64,000 nucleotides of DNA from an uncultured Bacteroides sp. (GCA_964634005.1 CAZWKQ010000004.1:42105-106104), one strand, 5' to 3'; counted from the stretch's first letter, positions 1 through 11,221 are shown. Numbers and translations are program-made. The notes: generated by a model from the sequence alone, not told the origin.

Positions 1-536
1 ATATAACCGTTTGCTTGCTGAATATATTCGGGGTTTAAGGCATTATTCGACCAATTGGTAATAAACTCCTGCAACTTTGCAGGGTTATAAAACCCTTGAA
101 AATGTTCGTTCATGAATATAATAAAATTATCGGGTGAAGGAGAGCTTTGAAATACATTTGCAGCGTGTTTAATTGTGTTAATATCATACCACAGAACAGC
201 AGTTTGAACAATAGCAGCTCCAACACCTGTTACTAAGTAATAAAAAAGAAATTTTTTCCCACCCCAGTAGTTTTCAAGAACATAACCAAACATCCATAAG
301 GCAAACATATTGAATAAAAGATGATCGAAGCCGGCATGCATAAACATATACGTTATGTATTGCCATGGTTGAAATAGTTTTGACTCAAAGTAGTGTAAAC
401 CAAGATAATCGGCAAGTTGTATTTTGTAAACTGTTTCAAAAGTAATAGTTGCCAATATAAAAATCCCATTGATTATCAATAGGTTTTTCACTACCGGCGG
501 TAAAAGCGAGAATCCTCTCGGGCTGTATGAATCCAT
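1..536 (-). CDS. Rhomboid family intramembrane serine protease (N-terminal part; gene runs off the left edge of the window)
   Basis: Not in the ORF track because it is edge-truncated. My own minus-strand translation from the ATG at 534-536 gives MDSYSPRGFSLLPPVVKNLLIINGIF... and continues through ...YITYMFMHAGFDHLLFNMFALWMFGYVLENYWGGKKF. This is a multi-TM protein with the rhomboid H-x-x-x-N motif (HLLFN). It lies 10 nt downstream of mutL on the same strand. Confidence 0.65.
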   Translation of the reverse strand, partial: MDSYSPRGFSLLPPVVKNLLIINGIFILATITFETVYKIQLADYLGLHYFESKLFQPWQYITYMFMHAGFDHLLFNMFALWMFGYVLENYWGGKKFLFYYLVTGVGAAIVQTAVLWYDINTIKHAANVFQSSPSPDNFIIFMNEHFQGFYNPAKLQEFITNWSNNALNPEYIQQANGY

Positions 537-546
537 AATAGTTTTC

Positions 547-2388
547 TTATTTAAATTTTTCCAATAAAGTATTGTTGTCAATTAAAATATAAACTCTTTT
601 CCCTGAAGGTGATTGTTCAGGTATTTTACAGGCAAATAGCTTGTCAATTAGTAATTGTATCTCTTCTTGTTCGAGCTTTCTCAAATATTTCGATGCTATA
701 TTTCTTGCCATCGACAAAGCTACATTAATTTTTTTATCAATCTGCAGGTCGGCAAAATTCTTTTTATAGTTCTCGAGCATTCCTTCAATGGCATCTTTAA
801 TGTTTTCACTTGACAGCTCTGAAGGGATCCCGTTGATTATAAACGTATCTTTGCCAAATTCTTCAATATCGTATCCTATTGATTTTAGCTCATCTTTAAT
901 TTCAGAAACAATAACAGCATCTTGCGATGAAAAAACAATGGTTTGCGGAAAAAGTTGTTGTTGAGAATATCCTTTATTATTATCAAGCTGTTCAATAAAT
1001 TTTTCATAAAAAATTCTCTCGTAAGCTCTTTGTTGATCTATAACTATAAGCCCCGATTTAATTGATGTAATAATAAACTTATCGTTTATTTGAAAAAATT
1101 GATATTTAACTTGTTGCTTATCTGATTCGATAAAAATATCGGAAATCTCGTCTTTTTTGTTAAAATCGGCAGTTTTGTTCTGCTCAATAGACACATTATA
1201 TATTTTTTCCCAGTTTTGTCTGTTACTTTCCTGTCTTTTATCGAAACTTTGATTTTTAAATGCACTTTTATATTTGGGATCAAAAGGATTAAAATCGGGA
1301 TTGATTTTAATTTCAGGTGGCTTTATTTGATAATCTTTAGGGGGCGGAGATAAATTTAAGCTATGTTCAATGTCAAAATCAATGGTAGGTGTTAATGTAA
1401 ACTTTCCCAGACTCTGTTTAACAGTTGATCGGAGAAGAGCATACATTGTTTTTTCATCCTGAAATTTAATTTCAGTTTTTGTTGGATGTATGTTAATATC
1501 AATAAATTTTGGATCAGTTTCGATATTTATAAAATATGACGGGATTGATTTTTCGGGAATCAACTCCTGAAAGGCATTTTCGACAGCATGATGCAAGTAA
1601 GGGTGTTTAAAAAATCTTTTATTTACAAAAAAGTATTGCTCTCCACGAGTTTTTTTTGCAAATTCGGGTTTACCTATAAATCCGTAGAAGCTTGCAATAT
1701 TTGTATTTTGTTCAATCGGTAATAATTTCTCGTTATAGTTTTTCCCAAACAAGGCAACAAGTCTTTGTCTGAAATTTCCGCTTTCGATATTATAAACAAG
1801 TTTATCGTTATGGTGATATGTAAATGCTATTGAGTAATTAATTATAGCTACTCTGAAAAATTCTTCGAGTATATGATTTGTTTCAATGGTATCGGATTTC
1901 AAAAAATTGCGGCGAGCGGGTACATTAAAAAAAAGATTTTTAACTGAAATGGAAGTCCCGTTTGAAAACTGGCATGGTTCCTGACCAATAACTTTGCTCC
2001 CTTCGATATTTATTTTTGTTCCAAGAGTTACATTATGAAGTTTTGTTTTCAACTCAACATGAGAAATTGCAGCAATAGAAGCTAAAGCTTCGCCTCTAAA
2101 CCCCATTGTTCTTATGGCAAACAAATCGTTAGCATCTTTAATTTTCGAGGTTGCATGCCTTTCAAAGCACATTCTTGCATCTGTATCGCTCATTCCGCAA
2201 CCGTTGTCGATAACCTGAATAAGAGTTTTACCTGCATCTTTTACAATTAGCTGGATTTTTGTGGCTCCCGAATCTATAGAGTTTTCGAGTAATTCCTTTA
2301 CAACAGAAGCAGGCCTTTGAACAACCTCTCCGGCAGCTATTTGATTAGCAACTGAATCGGGTAATAAGTGTATAATATCAGACATCAA
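547..2388 (-). CDS. mutL: DNA mismatch repair protein MutL
   Basis: 613 aa. N-terminal GHKL ATPase motifs are present (VVKELLENSIDSGA, DNGCGM, GFRGEAL). Length and C-terminal region are typical of MutL. Confidence 0.93.
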   Translation of the reverse strand: MMSDIIHLLPDSVANQIAAGEVVQRPASVVKELLENSIDSGATKIQLIVKDAGKTLIQVIDNGCGMSDTDARMCFERHATSKIKDANDLFAIRTMGFRGEALASIAAISHVELKTKLHNVTLGTKINIEGSKVIGQEPCQFSNGTSISVKNLFFNVPARRNFLKSDTIETNHILEEFFRVAIINYSIAFTYHHNDKLVYNIESGNFRQRLVALFGKNYNEKLLPIEQNTNIASFYGFIGKPEFAKKTRGEQYFFVNKRFFKHPYLHHAVENAFQELIPEKSIPSYFINIETDPKFIDINIHPTKTEIKFQDEKTMYALLRSTVKQSLGKFTLTPTIDFDIEHSLNLSPPPKDYQIKPPEIKINPDFNPFDPKYKSAFKNQSFDKRQESNRQNWEKIYNVSIEQNKTADFNKKDEISDIFIESDKQQVKYQFFQINDKFIITSIKSGLIVIDQQRAYERIFYEKFIEQLDNNKGYSQQQLFPQTIVFSSQDAVIVSEIKDELKSIGYDIEEFGKDTFIINGIPSELSSENIKDAIEGMLENYKKNFADLQIDKKINVALSMARNIASKYLRKLEQEEIQLLIDKLFACKIPEQSPSGKRVYILIDNNTLLEKFK

Positions 2389-2396
2389 TAATTAGT

Positions 2397-2663
2397 TTAT
2401 TTCAGAATAAAATATAATAACATCAAAGCTATAGCAATATATATAATCAAATTTCTTTGATTAATAAAACCCCTACTTTGGCGTGTTCTTCTTTTCCCTA
2501 TAGCCCAGTTATCTTCGATTTTGGATTTTAATTCCGACTTATATTTATTCTCAACTGAATCAGAGCCTTTTTCTTTGTTTTCATTATCCTTTTTAGGATC
2601 ATAATACAAAGGTTTGTATTCAAAAGGTTTTGGTTTATTAATTTTAAAAAAAGATATCTTCAT
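2397..2663 (-). CDS. Hypothetical small tail-anchored membrane protein
   Basis: 88 aa. A Lys/Asp/Glu-rich N-terminal part is followed by a single C-terminal hydrophobic helix (LIIYIAIALMLLYFIL). It lies only 8 nt upstream of mutL on the same strand. No family recognised. Confidence 0.4.
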   Translation of the reverse strand: MKISFFKINKPKPFEYKPLYYDPKKDNENKEKGSDSVENKYKSELKSKIEDNWAIGKRRTRQSRGFINQRNLIIYIAIALMLLYFILK

Positions 2664-2769
2664 AAACTATTTTTCAACAAAATTAAATAAAATTATTCAA
2701 CAAGAAACAGATTAACTTATACAGAAAATCCTTTTGTTAATAAATATTGTAAAATATAAATTTCGGAAA

Positions 2770-3441
2770 TTAGCTTTCTTTCTCGTTTTTTTTCTTTTTT
2801 AAAGAAAATTTATTCTCTTTACCATTAAGTAATCTCACAATGTTTTTTTTGTGAGTCAAAGGAATAAATATTGCTATAAGAATAGAGAATGCTATGAGTA
2901 GCGGATATGATTCTTTAAATAAAAATGCACTTATAAAAGGGAAAGCTAAAGCACTCGTTATTGAAGACAGAGATACATAGCCCGAAGAAATCAAAACAAT
3001 AATAAAAACACCCAAAACTACAAAAAATGTAGAGGGATATAAGGCAATTATTACACCAACTAATGTAGCAACGCCTTTTCCGCCCTTAAAACCTGCATAA
3101 ACGGGAAAAATATGGCCAACAACAGCCATTAATGCAAGAATGAGTTTATAATTTATTATTTGTTCGTTTATATAGAATGACGGTGCGAAAAAATTTCCCA
3201 GAAAAACCGCAAACCACCCTTTAAAAGCGTCAAAAACAAGCACTATCAAACCGGGTACAGTTCCTAAAACTCTTAAAGTATTAGTTGCTCCGGCATTACC
3301 GCTTCCGTGTTCTCTTACATCAACGCCGTAAAACCATTTACCTACCCATACCGATGTTACGATAGACCCTAATAAATATGCAACTATTACTCCTATTATG
3401 GTACTATATGTAATCATTACATTTGAATAATTTTTTTGCAA
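2770..3441 (-). CDS. plsY: Glycerol-3-phosphate acyltransferase PlsY
   Basis: 223 aa polytopic membrane protein with the PlsY signature HGSGNAGATN and the FKGGKGVAT motif. Confidence 0.9.
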   Translation of the reverse strand: MQKNYSNVMITYSTIIGVIVAYLLGSIVTSVWVGKWFYGVDVREHGSGNAGATNTLRVLGTVPGLIVLVFDAFKGWFAVFLGNFFAPSFYINEQIINYKLILALMAVVGHIFPVYAGFKGGKGVATLVGVIIALYPSTFFVVLGVFIIVLISSGYVSLSSITSALAFPFISAFLFKESYPLLIAFSILIAIFIPLTHKKNIVRLLNGKENKFSLKKKKNEKES

Positions 3442-3614
3442 AGATACACCCTATTTCATTGTTTTTATTTTTGATTAAAAAGTAATTATTAACAATTTAT
3501 TTTTAACTATATGAATATTAAATGTTTATAAATTTTGAATTAAGTTTTTTTAACATTATTTTATATATTTAGCCAACATTTAATTTTATAAAAGAGATGA
3601 GTACAACTTTTTAT

Positions 3615-3622
3615 TAACTTTG
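3615..3622 (+). promoter_or_regulatory. Bacteroidota-type -7 promoter box (TAACTTTG) for rmuC
   Basis: Exact match to the TAnnTTTG consensus described for Bacteroides/Flavobacterium sigma-A promoters. It sits 26 nt upstream of the rmuC ATG. Confidence 0.4.
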
Positions 3623-3647
3623 TTTTTTATTAAAAAAATATTACAAA

Positions 3648-5048
3648 ATGACTATTTTAATGATATTCATAGCTTTAATTGTTGGGATTGTATTGTCGTG
3701 GTTGTATTGTCAAATGAAATTTCAAAAAAAGATTCAATCAATAAGCGAAGCTAAGAAAGAAGCTGATTTTAAAGTCCAGTTGTTAGAAAATGAAAAGGTC
3801 AATATAATAAACGGGTTAAATGAAAAAATCAATTATATTGAAAATGAGAAAAATAATATTAAATCAGAGTTAGTTCAGTTAAATTCAAAAAACGAGGAAT
3901 TAACACAACAACTGGCTAAAAAAGAAACTCAATTGGATAATCTTAATGAAAAACTTGCTACTCAAAAACAAGAATTAGAAGAAATACAAAGAAAATTTAC
4001 TACAGAATTCGAAAATATTGCCAATAAGATATTAAAGCAAAATTCTCAGGAATTTACTATCGCAAATCAAAAAAATATTTCTGAAATACTTAATCCGTTA
4101 AAGGAGAAAATTCAAACTTTTGAGCAAAAAGTTACTGAAACTCACGAAAAAGAAATGCGGGACAATATCAGTTTAAGGGAAGAGGTTAAAAAACTATATG
4201 AACTGAATTACAAAATAAGTGAAGAAGCAAATAATCTGACCAAAGCACTTAAAGGAGATACTAAATTGCAAGGAAGTTGGGGCGAGCTTGTATTGGAAAG
4301 GATATTAGAACGCTCGGGTTTAATAGAAAACGAAGAGTATGAAAAGCAAGTCAGCTTTAGGAATGACAATAACGAACTAATAAGACCTGATATTATAATA
4401 AAACTACCTGATAATAAACATATAATTATTGACTCCAAAGTATCATTGGTAGCGTATGAACGTTATATTAATGCCGAAAATAACGAAGAAAAGGAAAAGT
4501 ATTCGCGTTTACACATAGAGTCAATTAAAAATCATGTAAAACTTTTAAATGAAAAAAATTATTCGGGTGCATCACTTTTGAATACTCCCGATTTTGTTTT
4601 AATGTTTTTACCGATAGAAGCTTCTTTCAGTGTGGCTATTCAGAAAGACATAGAGCTTTTTAATTATGCATGGGATAAAAGAATAGTAATAGTTAGCCCA
4701 TCCACATTACTTGCAACGTTAAAAACTATTGCCTCAATATGGAAAAACGAAAAACAAACTCAAAATGCTCTTGAAATAGCAAATGAAGGCGGAAAACTAA
4801 TTGATAAAATAATATCTCTAATGGAAGATATGAAAAAAATTGGTAATCAATTGGAAACAGTTCAAAAAACATATAATGAAGCAAACATAAAACTATATAC
4901 AGGTAAAGGAAATATAGTGTCAAGGGTTAAAAACATGCAAAGACTGGGAGCTAAAAACACAAAAAATATTCCTGATATTTATTTAAAATCTATCAATACA
5001 TCAACCGAAGAGAACAATGATAACGAACAACAAAACATCGAAGACTAA
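3648..5048 (+). CDS. rmuC: DNA recombination protein RmuC
   Basis: 466 aa. It has an N-terminal TM helix, a long coiled coil, and then the RmuC core (LQGSWGELVLERILERSGL ... IIDSKVSL ... MFLPIEA). Confidence 0.85.
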   Translation: MTILMIFIALIVGIVLSWLYCQMKFQKKIQSISEAKKEADFKVQLLENEKVNIINGLNEKINYIENEKNNIKSELVQLNSKNEELTQQLAKKETQLDNLNEKLATQKQELEEIQRKFTTEFENIANKILKQNSQEFTIANQKNISEILNPLKEKIQTFEQKVTETHEKEMRDNISLREEVKKLYELNYKISEEANNLTKALKGDTKLQGSWGELVLERILERSGLIENEEYEKQVSFRNDNNELIRPDIIIKLPDNKHIIIDSKVSLVAYERYINAENNEEKEKYSRLHIESIKNHVKLLNEKNYSGASLLNTPDFVLMFLPIEASFSVAIQKDIELFNYAWDKRIVIVSPSTLLATLKTIASIWKNEKQTQNALEIANEGGKLIDKIISLMEDMKKIGNQLETVQKTYNEANIKLYTGKGNIVSRVKNMQRLGAKNTKNIPDIYLKSINTSTEENNDNEQQNIED

Positions 5049-5784
5049 TAGCAGTATTGTTTTTGGTATAAGACCAATAATAGAAGCAATAAAATCGGGG
5101 AAAGAGATTGAAAAAGTACTGATGCAACCGGGTCTTAAAGGGGAATTGTTTCCCGAATTAAGCAAGTTAATAAAGCAGTTTAATATTCCATATCAAAAAG
5201 TACCTGTAGAAAAACTTAATCGAATTACAACAAAAAATCATCAGGGGGTAATAGCCTTTATATCGCCTATTGAATATAACAATATTGAAAATTTGTTGCC
5301 AATAATATTTGAGCAAGGAAAAATTCCATTAATATTGGTTCTCGACAGGATAACCGATGTCAGAAATTTTGGAGCAATAGCACGAACTGCCGAATGCGCC
5401 GGTGTTGATGCAATTATTATTTCAGATAAAGGTAATGCTCCCGTTAATGCAGATGCTATTAAAACTTCAGCAGGTGCACTGAATATCATTCCGGTATGTA
5501 GAACAAAGAATCTAAAAGATACATTACAATATTTGAAAAATAGTGGTCTGACAATATTTGCCGCTACCGAAAAGGGTAATGAATTTTATTACTCCAACGA
5601 TTTTTCAACGCCCTGTGCTATTGTTATGGGAAGCGAGGAAGACGGAATATCAGGTGAGTACTTGAAATTGTGCGATAAAAAAATCAAAATTCCGATTATA
5701 GGTAACATTTCATCGTTAAATGTATCGGTAGCAAGCGGAATAATAATCTATGAAGCTTTAAGGCAAAGGGCATTAAAGCATTAA
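5017..5784 (+). CDS. rlmB: 23S rRNA (guanosine-2'-O)-methyltransferase RlmB (SpoU/TrmH family)
   Basis: 255 aa. It has the SpoU substrate-binding N-terminus (IVFGIRPIIEAIKSGKEI) and SPOUT motifs (NFGAIARTAECAG, IVMGSEEDGIS, LNVSVASGIIIYE). The only in-frame ATG gives a 32-nt overlap with rmuC. Confidence 0.85.
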   Translation: MITNNKTSKTNSSIVFGIRPIIEAIKSGKEIEKVLMQPGLKGELFPELSKLIKQFNIPYQKVPVEKLNRITTKNHQGVIAFISPIEYNNIENLLPIIFEQGKIPLILVLDRITDVRNFGAIARTAECAGVDAIIISDKGNAPVNADAIKTSAGALNIIPVCRTKNLKDTLQYLKNSGLTIFAATEKGNEFYYSNDFSTPCAIVMGSEEDGISGEYLKLCDKKIKIPIIGNISSLNVSVASGIIIYEALRQRALKH

Positions 5785-5860
5785 AAACAGCTTCCTCAAA
5801 AAGTACATCAATAGTGCCATTTTTTTGACATAATATTTGCATTTAAACAAAATAAAATTA

Positions 5861-5868
5861 TACCTTTG
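5861..5868 (+). promoter_or_regulatory. -7 promoter box (TACCTTTG) for serC-serA
   Basis: Exact TAnnTTTG match 57 nt upstream of the serC ATG. Confidence 0.4.
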
Positions 5869-5924
5869 TTAGAAATTTTAAAGGATTTTATCATTAAATA
5901 ATATTAATTAATACCAAATATAAT

Positions 5925-6995
5925 ATGAAAAAGCACAATTTTAACGCAGGACCTTGCATTTTGGCAAAACCTGTTATCGAAAACACTGCAAAAGCCGTTT
6001 TAGAACTCGATAATATCGGGATGTCGCTTATCGAAATTTCTCATCGCAGTAAAGAATTTCAAGCAATAATGGATGAAACAGTTGCATTATTTAAAGAAAT
6101 ATTAAACATCCCCGAAAATTATCATGTTTTATTTTTAGGTGGAGGTGCAAGTTTACAATTCTGTATGGTACCTTATAACCTTTTAAATAAAAAAGCTGCT
6201 TATCTCGAAACAGGAGTTTGGGCAAAAAAAGCAAATAAAGAAGCAAAATTATTCGGACAAGTTGATATTGTTGCTTCATCAGCAGACAAGAATTTTAGTT
6301 ATATACCCAAAAACTATACTATACCTGCCGATGCCGATTATTTTCATATTACAACAAACAATACCATTTATGGTACTGAAATTCATGTTGACATAGATAG
6401 CCCTGTTCCATTAGTAGCCGACATGTCAAGCGATATTTTCAGCCGTCCTGTTGATGTTTCAAAGTATGCATTAATATATGGCGGAGCTCAGAAAAATCTT
6501 GGACCTGCCGGTGTTACTTTCGTTGTAGTAAGAGAAGATATTCTTGGCAAAGTAGAAAGAGCTATTCCTACTATGCTCGATTATCGTACTCATATTAAAG
6601 AAGGTTCAATGTTCAATACTCCTCCTTGTTTTGCAATTTTTGCCGTAAGAGAAACTTTAAGATGGCTAAAATCTATAGGTGGTTTAGAAAAAATGTATGA
6701 AATGAACAAAGCAAAAGCTAAGCTTCTTTACGATGAAATAGAAAGAAACTCTATGTTTGTGGGTACTGCTGAAGTTGAAGATCGTTCGATAATGAATATA
6801 TGCTTTGTTATGGATGAAAAATATAAAGATAAAGAAGAAGCATTTATGGAGTTTGCTAAATCAAAAGGTATGGTTGGCATAAAAGGCCATCGTTCGGTAG
6901 GCGGTTTCAGAGCATCAACTTACAATGCACTTCCGATTGAAAGCGTTCAGGCATTGGTTGATTGTATGAAAGAATTTGAAAAATTAAACGCATAA
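5925..6995 (+). CDS. serC: Phosphoserine aminotransferase
   Basis: 356 aa. The N-terminus NFNAGPC and the [14 protein letters not shown]-lysine region are typical of SerC. It is adjacent to a serA-like dehydrogenase. Confidence 0.92.
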   Translation: MKKHNFNAGPCILAKPVIENTAKAVLELDNIGMSLIEISHRSKEFQAIMDETVALFKEILNIPENYHVLFLGGGASLQFCMVPYNLLNKKAAYLETGVWAKKANKEAKLFGQVDIVASSADKNFSYIPKNYTIPADADYFHITTNNTIYGTEIHVDIDSPVPLVADMSSDIFSRPVDVSKYALIYGGAQKNLGPAGVTFVVVREDILGKVERAIPTMLDYRTHIKEGSMFNTPPCFAIFAVRETLRWLKSIGGLEKMYEMNKAKAKLLYDEIERNSMFVGTAEVEDRSIMNICFVMDEKYKDKEEAFMEFAKSKGMVGIKGHRSVGGFRASTYNALPIESVQALVDCMKEFEKLNA

Positions 6996-7027
6996 CTTTA
7001 CTTTAAACAGTCAAAAAAAATAATAAT

Positions 7028-7951
7028 ATGACAAAAGTATTAGTAGCTACCGATAAACCATTTGCAAAAGTAGCAGTGGACGGTATAAGAAAGATAGTCG
7101 AAGATGCGGGTTTTGAACTTGTATTACTTGAAAAATATACAAGTCAAAACGAATTTATTGATGCAATAAAAGATGTTGATGCTGTTATTATACGCAGTGA
7201 CATTGCAGATAAAGCAGTGATTGAAGCAGGGAAAAACCTAAAAATAATCGTAAGAGCCGGTGCAGGTTACGACAATATCGATTTAGAAGCATGCACAGCT
7301 AAAGGCGTAGTGGCAATGAATACTCCGGGTCAAAATTCTAATGCTGTTGCCGAATTGGCTATCGGTATGATGATTTTGGCAGCAAGAAATAATTTTGACG
7401 GCTCGTCGGGAACCGAACTCCGCGATAAAAAACTGGGAATTCACGCTTATGGTAATGTAGGTAAATATGTTGCCGAAATAGCAAAGGGTTTTGGAATGAA
7501 AATATACGCATTTGACCCATTTGTTAGTAAAGAGGCTATTGAAAAAGACGGAATTATTCCTTTAGCTTCCGCTGAAGAACTCTACTCTACATGCCAGTAT
7601 GTTTCATTGCATATACCTGCAAACGACCAAACCAAAAAATCAATCAACTTTGATTTATTATCGAAAATGCCTAAAAATGCATGCCTTGTTAATACTGCCA
7701 GAAAAGAGGTGATTGACGAAGAAGGTTTGCTTAAAATGTTTGCAGAAAGACCTGATTTTAAATATGTCTCAGATATTGAACCATCATGCAAAAACGAAAT
7801 TTCGGAGAAATATCCCAATAGGTTTTTCTTTACTCCAAAGAAAATGGGGGCTCAAACTGCTGAAGCAAACATAAATGCAGGTATTGCAGCTGCAAAGCAA
7901 ATTGTGAATTTTATTAAAAACGGCGACAGAACATTTCAGGTTAACAAATAA
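7028..7951 (+). CDS. serA: D-3-phosphoglycerate dehydrogenase (short form, D-isomer 2-hydroxyacid dehydrogenase family)
   Basis: 307 aa with a Rossmann NAD motif (GIHAYGNVGKYVA) and the catalytic region (VSLHIP ... NTARKEVID). Operon context with serC supports the call. No ACT domain is present. Confidence 0.8.
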   Translation: MTKVLVATDKPFAKVAVDGIRKIVEDAGFELVLLEKYTSQNEFIDAIKDVDAVIIRSDIADKAVIEAGKNLKIIVRAGAGYDNIDLEACTAKGVVAMNTPGQNSNAVAELAIGMMILAARNNFDGSSGTELRDKKLGIHAYGNVGKYVAEIAKGFGMKIYAFDPFVSKEAIEKDGIIPLASAEELYSTCQYVSLHIPANDQTKKSINFDLLSKMPKNACLVNTARKEVIDEEGLLKMFAERPDFKYVSDIEPSCKNEISEKYPNRFFFTPKKMGAQTAEANINAGIAAAKQIVNFIKNGDRTFQVNK

Positions 7952-7970
7952 AATTTGTTTCTTAGATTCA

Positions 7971-8004
7971 AAAAAAAAAGAGCCTTTGAAGGCTCTTTTT
8001 TTTT
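7971..8004. terminator. Bidirectional intrinsic terminator between convergent serA and rpoD
   Basis: The sequence reads A9 - GAGCC TTTGAA GGCTC - T9. The stem is perfect and is flanked by an A-run and a T-run, so it can terminate transcription on both strands. Confidence 0.8.
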
Positions 8005-8017
8005 GAATTAATCAAAC

Positions 8018-8881
8018 TTAACCTAAGTAAGATTGAAGAATTTTACTTCTTGAAGTATTTTTAAGTCTTCTTATAGCTTTTTCTTTTATTTGTCTAACTC
8101 TTTCACGGGTCAAATCAAATTTTTCGGAAATTTCTTCAAGCGTGAGTTGAGGATAACCATTCAATCCGAAGAAATATCTGATAACATCGGCTTCTCGTTG
8201 AGTGAGAGTAGAAACAGCTCTTTCAATTTCTTTTCTAAGAGAATCGTACATAAGACCGGTTTCGGGAGTAGGATTATCATCGGTTTTAAAAACATCGAGC
8301 ATGGTAGTTTCTTCTTCCTGAATTAAAGGTGCATCCATTGAAAGATGTTTTCCGGAATGACGCATCGTTTCTCTGACTTCTGATTCTGAAATTTCGAGAA
8401 GTTTAGCAATTTCTTCTTCGTTTGGGGCACGCTCAAATTCTTGTTCTAAGTGAGCAAATGCTTTATTTATTTTGTTAATCGAACCCAGCTTATTAAGAGG
8501 TAATCTGACAATACGCGACTGTTCAGCAAGAGCCTGCAAAATAGATTGGCGTATCCACCATACTGCATATGAAATAAATTTAAACCCTCTGGTTTCGTCA
8601 AATCTTTGGGCTGCTTTAATTAATCCCAAGTTGCCTTCATTAATCAAGTCAGGCAAACTAAGCCCCTGATTTTGATACTGTTTAGCAACCGAAACGACGA
8701 AACGTAAATTAGCATTAGTAAGTTTTTCCAGAGCAGCCTGATCGCCTTGTCTGATTCTTTGTGCCAAAGCAACCTCTTCTTCTACTGAAATTAATTCGAC
8801 CCTACCTATCTCTTGTAAATATTTATCAAGAGAAGCTAATTCCCTGTTTGTAACCTGTTTGGTAATTTTTAACTGCCTCAT
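8018..8881 (-). CDS. rpoD: RNA polymerase primary sigma factor (sigma-70 family, short Bacteroidota form)
   Basis: 287 aa with regions 2-4 present ([56 protein letters not shown]). Confidence 0.9.
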   Translation of the reverse strand: MRQLKITKQVTNRELASLDKYLQEIGRVELISVEEEVALAQRIRQGDQAALEKLTNANLRFVVSVAKQYQNQGLSLPDLINEGNLGLIKAAQRFDETRGFKFISYAVWWIRQSILQALAEQSRIVRLPLNKLGSINKINKAFAHLEQEFERAPNEEEIAKLLEISESEVRETMRHSGKHLSMDAPLIQEEETTMLDVFKTDDNPTPETGLMYDSLRKEIERAVSTLTQREADVIRYFFGLNGYPQLTLEEISEKFDLTRERVRQIKEKAIRRLKNTSRSKILQSYLG

Positions 8882-9005
8882 TTTCTCTTAAATATTAATG
8901 CAAAGCCAATTTATAACGTTAATTTAATAAAATAGTTTCATTAAAATATTAAAACTATAAAGTTTTAATAATAAAAATTTACCGGTAATTTAACGATAGA
9001 TATTT

Positions 9006-11135
9006 CTACTTATTATTTTTCTCCGGTTTTGGTAAAAGAACTTTTCTTGACAACTTTAATTTACCGTTTTTATCAATATCAATAAGTTTGACTTGAATTT
9101 CATCACCGACTTTAAGTACACTCTCTACATTATCAATTCTTTTCCAGTCAATTTCAGAGATATGTAAAAGTCCGTCTTTACCGGGAAGTATTTCTACAAA
9201 TGCACCGAATGGTTGAATATTTTTAACAACACCGTCATAAACCTGATTTATTTCGGGAATTGCAACTATTGCTTTAATTTTTTTCATTACAGCATCGATG
9301 GATTCTTTGTCTGTAGCAGCAATATCGATAATTCCGAAATCACCGACTTCCTCGATAACAATAACAGAATTTGTTTCTCTCTGCATTTCCTGAATAATTT
9401 TACCGCCGGGACCAATAATTGCTCCGATAAATTCTTTAGGAATCGAAAGTTTAACAATTCTCGGTACATTGGGTTTATAATCTTCACGAGGTTCGGTAAT
9501 AGCTTTGGCCATTTCATTAAGGATATGAATTCTGCCTTCTTTTGCTTGTTGAAGTGCCTGAGCTAATATTTCATAAGAAAGACCGTCAACTTTAATATCC
9601 ATTTGACAGGCAGTGATTCCGTCTCTTGTGCCTGTAACTTTAAAATCCATATCGCCTAAGTGGTCTTCATCACCAAGAATATCTGAAAGAACAGCATATT
9701 TGCCGGTTTTCGAATCGCTAATCAATCCCATAGCTATACCTGATACCGGTTTTTTAATTTTTACACCCGCATCCATAAGTGCTAAAGTTCCAGCACATAC
9801 TGTTGCCATTGATGATGATCCGTTCGATTCGAGTATGTCGGATACAATACGTATTGTATATGGATTTTCTTCTCCTTTAGGAAGGATGAATTTCAATGCA
9901 CGCATAGCAAGATTTCCGTGTCCGATTTCCCTGCGGCTTGTTCCGCGATTAGGCTTTACTTCGCCTGTAGAAAAAGAAGGAAAGTTATAATGCAATATAA
10001 AATCGCTTTTGCCTTCAATAACTGCACCATCTATAACTTGCTCATCGAGTTTTGTTCCTAAGGTAACAGTAGTAAGAGATTGTGTTTCGCCACGTGTGAA
10101 TAGTGAAGAGCCGTGAGCAGAAGGCAAATAGTCTGTTTCACACCATATTGGGCGTATTTCGTTTAATTTTCTTCCGTCAAGACGCACTCTTTCATTCAAA
10201 ATCATATCTCTAACGGCTTCTTTGTGAATATCGTGAAAATAGCGGTCTATCTGAAAAGCTCTTAAAGTTCTTTCTTCTTCGGTCAAAGTTTCTTTAAAAG
10301 CCGTTTTAACTGCTTCAAAAGCTTCACTTCTTTTATGTTTATTAGCTATTCCTTGTTTGGCAATATCGTATAATTGTTGATAGACTTCTTGTTTCATTTT
10401 TTCTTTAAACTCGAAGTCATTATTTTCATGGCAGTATTCTCTTTTTTGAAGTTTGCCCACTTTTTCGCTTAATTCCAACTGAGCTTTACATTGTATTTTA
10501 ATAGCTTCGTGAGCAACTTTGAAGGCTTCCATCATATCTTCTTCTTGAACTTCTTTCATTTCGCCTTCAACCATCATGATATTATCAATGGTTGCAGCAA
10601 TAATCAAATCGAGATCTGCATCGGGTATTTCGTTTAATGGAGGATTAATTACAAATTCTCCGTTAATTTTTGCAACTCTCACTTCCGAGATAGGTCCATT
10701 AAAAGGGATATCGGAAACAGCGAGAGCCGAAGAAGCTGCCAAAGCTGCCAAAGCATCGGGGGCAGTATTCTTTTCGCCCGAAATCAAAGTTATTTGAACT
10801 TGCACTTCTGCATGAAAATCATCAGGGAATAAAGGTCTTAACGCTCTATCAACCAATCTTGAAATTAGAATTTCGTATTCAGAAGGACGAGCTTCTCTTT
10901 TGAAAAAGCCACCCGGAAATCTTCCCATAGCAGCATACTTTTCCTGATATTCAACAGTAAGTGGCATAAAATCAACATTTTCTGCAGCTTCCTTTTTTGA
11001 AACTACTGTTGCAAGAAGCATAGTATCGCCCATTCTAACAACAGCAGCTCCGTCTGCCTGTTTTGCCAGCTTTCCCGTTTCTATCGTTATTACTCTACCG
11101 TCTTTTAGTTCTATTTTTTGCGTATAAACCTGCAT
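9006..11135 (-). CDS. pnp: Polyribonucleotide nucleotidyltransferase (PNPase)
   Basis: 709 aa with two RNase PH domains, a KH domain ([15 protein letters not shown]) and a C-terminal S1 domain ([17 protein letters not shown]). It lies downstream of rpsO, as in many bacteria. Confidence 0.95.
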   Translation of the reverse strand: MQVYTQKIELKDGRVITIETGKLAKQADGAAVVRMGDTMLLATVVSKKEAAENVDFMPLTVEYQEKYAAMGRFPGGFFKREARPSEYEILISRLVDRALRPLFPDDFHAEVQVQITLISGEKNTAPDALAALAASSALAVSDIPFNGPISEVRVAKINGEFVINPPLNEIPDADLDLIIAATIDNIMMVEGEMKEVQEEDMMEAFKVAHEAIKIQCKAQLELSEKVGKLQKREYCHENNDFEFKEKMKQEVYQQLYDIAKQGIANKHKRSEAFEAVKTAFKETLTEEERTLRAFQIDRYFHDIHKEAVRDMILNERVRLDGRKLNEIRPIWCETDYLPSAHGSSLFTRGETQSLTTVTLGTKLDEQVIDGAVIEGKSDFILHYNFPSFSTGEVKPNRGTSRREIGHGNLAMRALKFILPKGEENPYTIRIVSDILESNGSSSMATVCAGTLALMDAGVKIKKPVSGIAMGLISDSKTGKYAVLSDILGDEDHLGDMDFKVTGTRDGITACQMDIKVDGLSYEILAQALQQAKEGRIHILNEMAKAITEPREDYKPNVPRIVKLSIPKEFIGAIIGPGGKIIQEMQRETNSVIVIEEVGDFGIIDIAATDKESIDAVMKKIKAIVAIPEINQVYDGVVKNIQPFGAFVEILPGKDGLLHISEIDWKRIDNVESVLKVGDEIQVKLIDIDKNGKLKLSRKVLLPKPEKNNK

Positions 11136-11163
11136 TTTATCTTAATTTTTTTATTTTTAATAC

Positions 11164-11192
11164 AAAAAAAGGCAATTATAAGTCTAATTGCC
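11164..11192 (-). terminator. Intrinsic terminator/attenuator between rpsO and pnp
   Basis: An 8-bp stem GGCAATTA/TAATTGCC with a 6-nt loop, followed on the minus strand by T7. Confidence 0.7.
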
Positions 11193-11221
11193 TTTAACTC
11201 TTTTTGTTATATCTTAGTAAA

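Noticed and set aside
5017-5048. The 32-nt overlap between rmuC and rlmB as possible evidence of mis-annotation or frameshift.
   Set aside because: Both proteins look full length. The rmuC tail is a low-complexity acidic extension, and rlmB has only one possible ATG before its conserved N-terminal motif. Overlap is the simplest explanation.
9213-10797. Several 70-125-aa ORFs on the plus strand inside pnp. Similar shadow ORFs lie inside rnfB, rnfC, leuS, clpB, rny, nadE, the 1509-aa gene and others (for example 14443-14817, 59662-60060 and 18108-18419).
   Set aside because: All are antisense or alternate-frame overlaps of long, clearly homologous genes. Their sequences are low-complexity Ser/Ile/Phe/Leu-rich, which is typical of spurious ORFs in AT-rich DNA.
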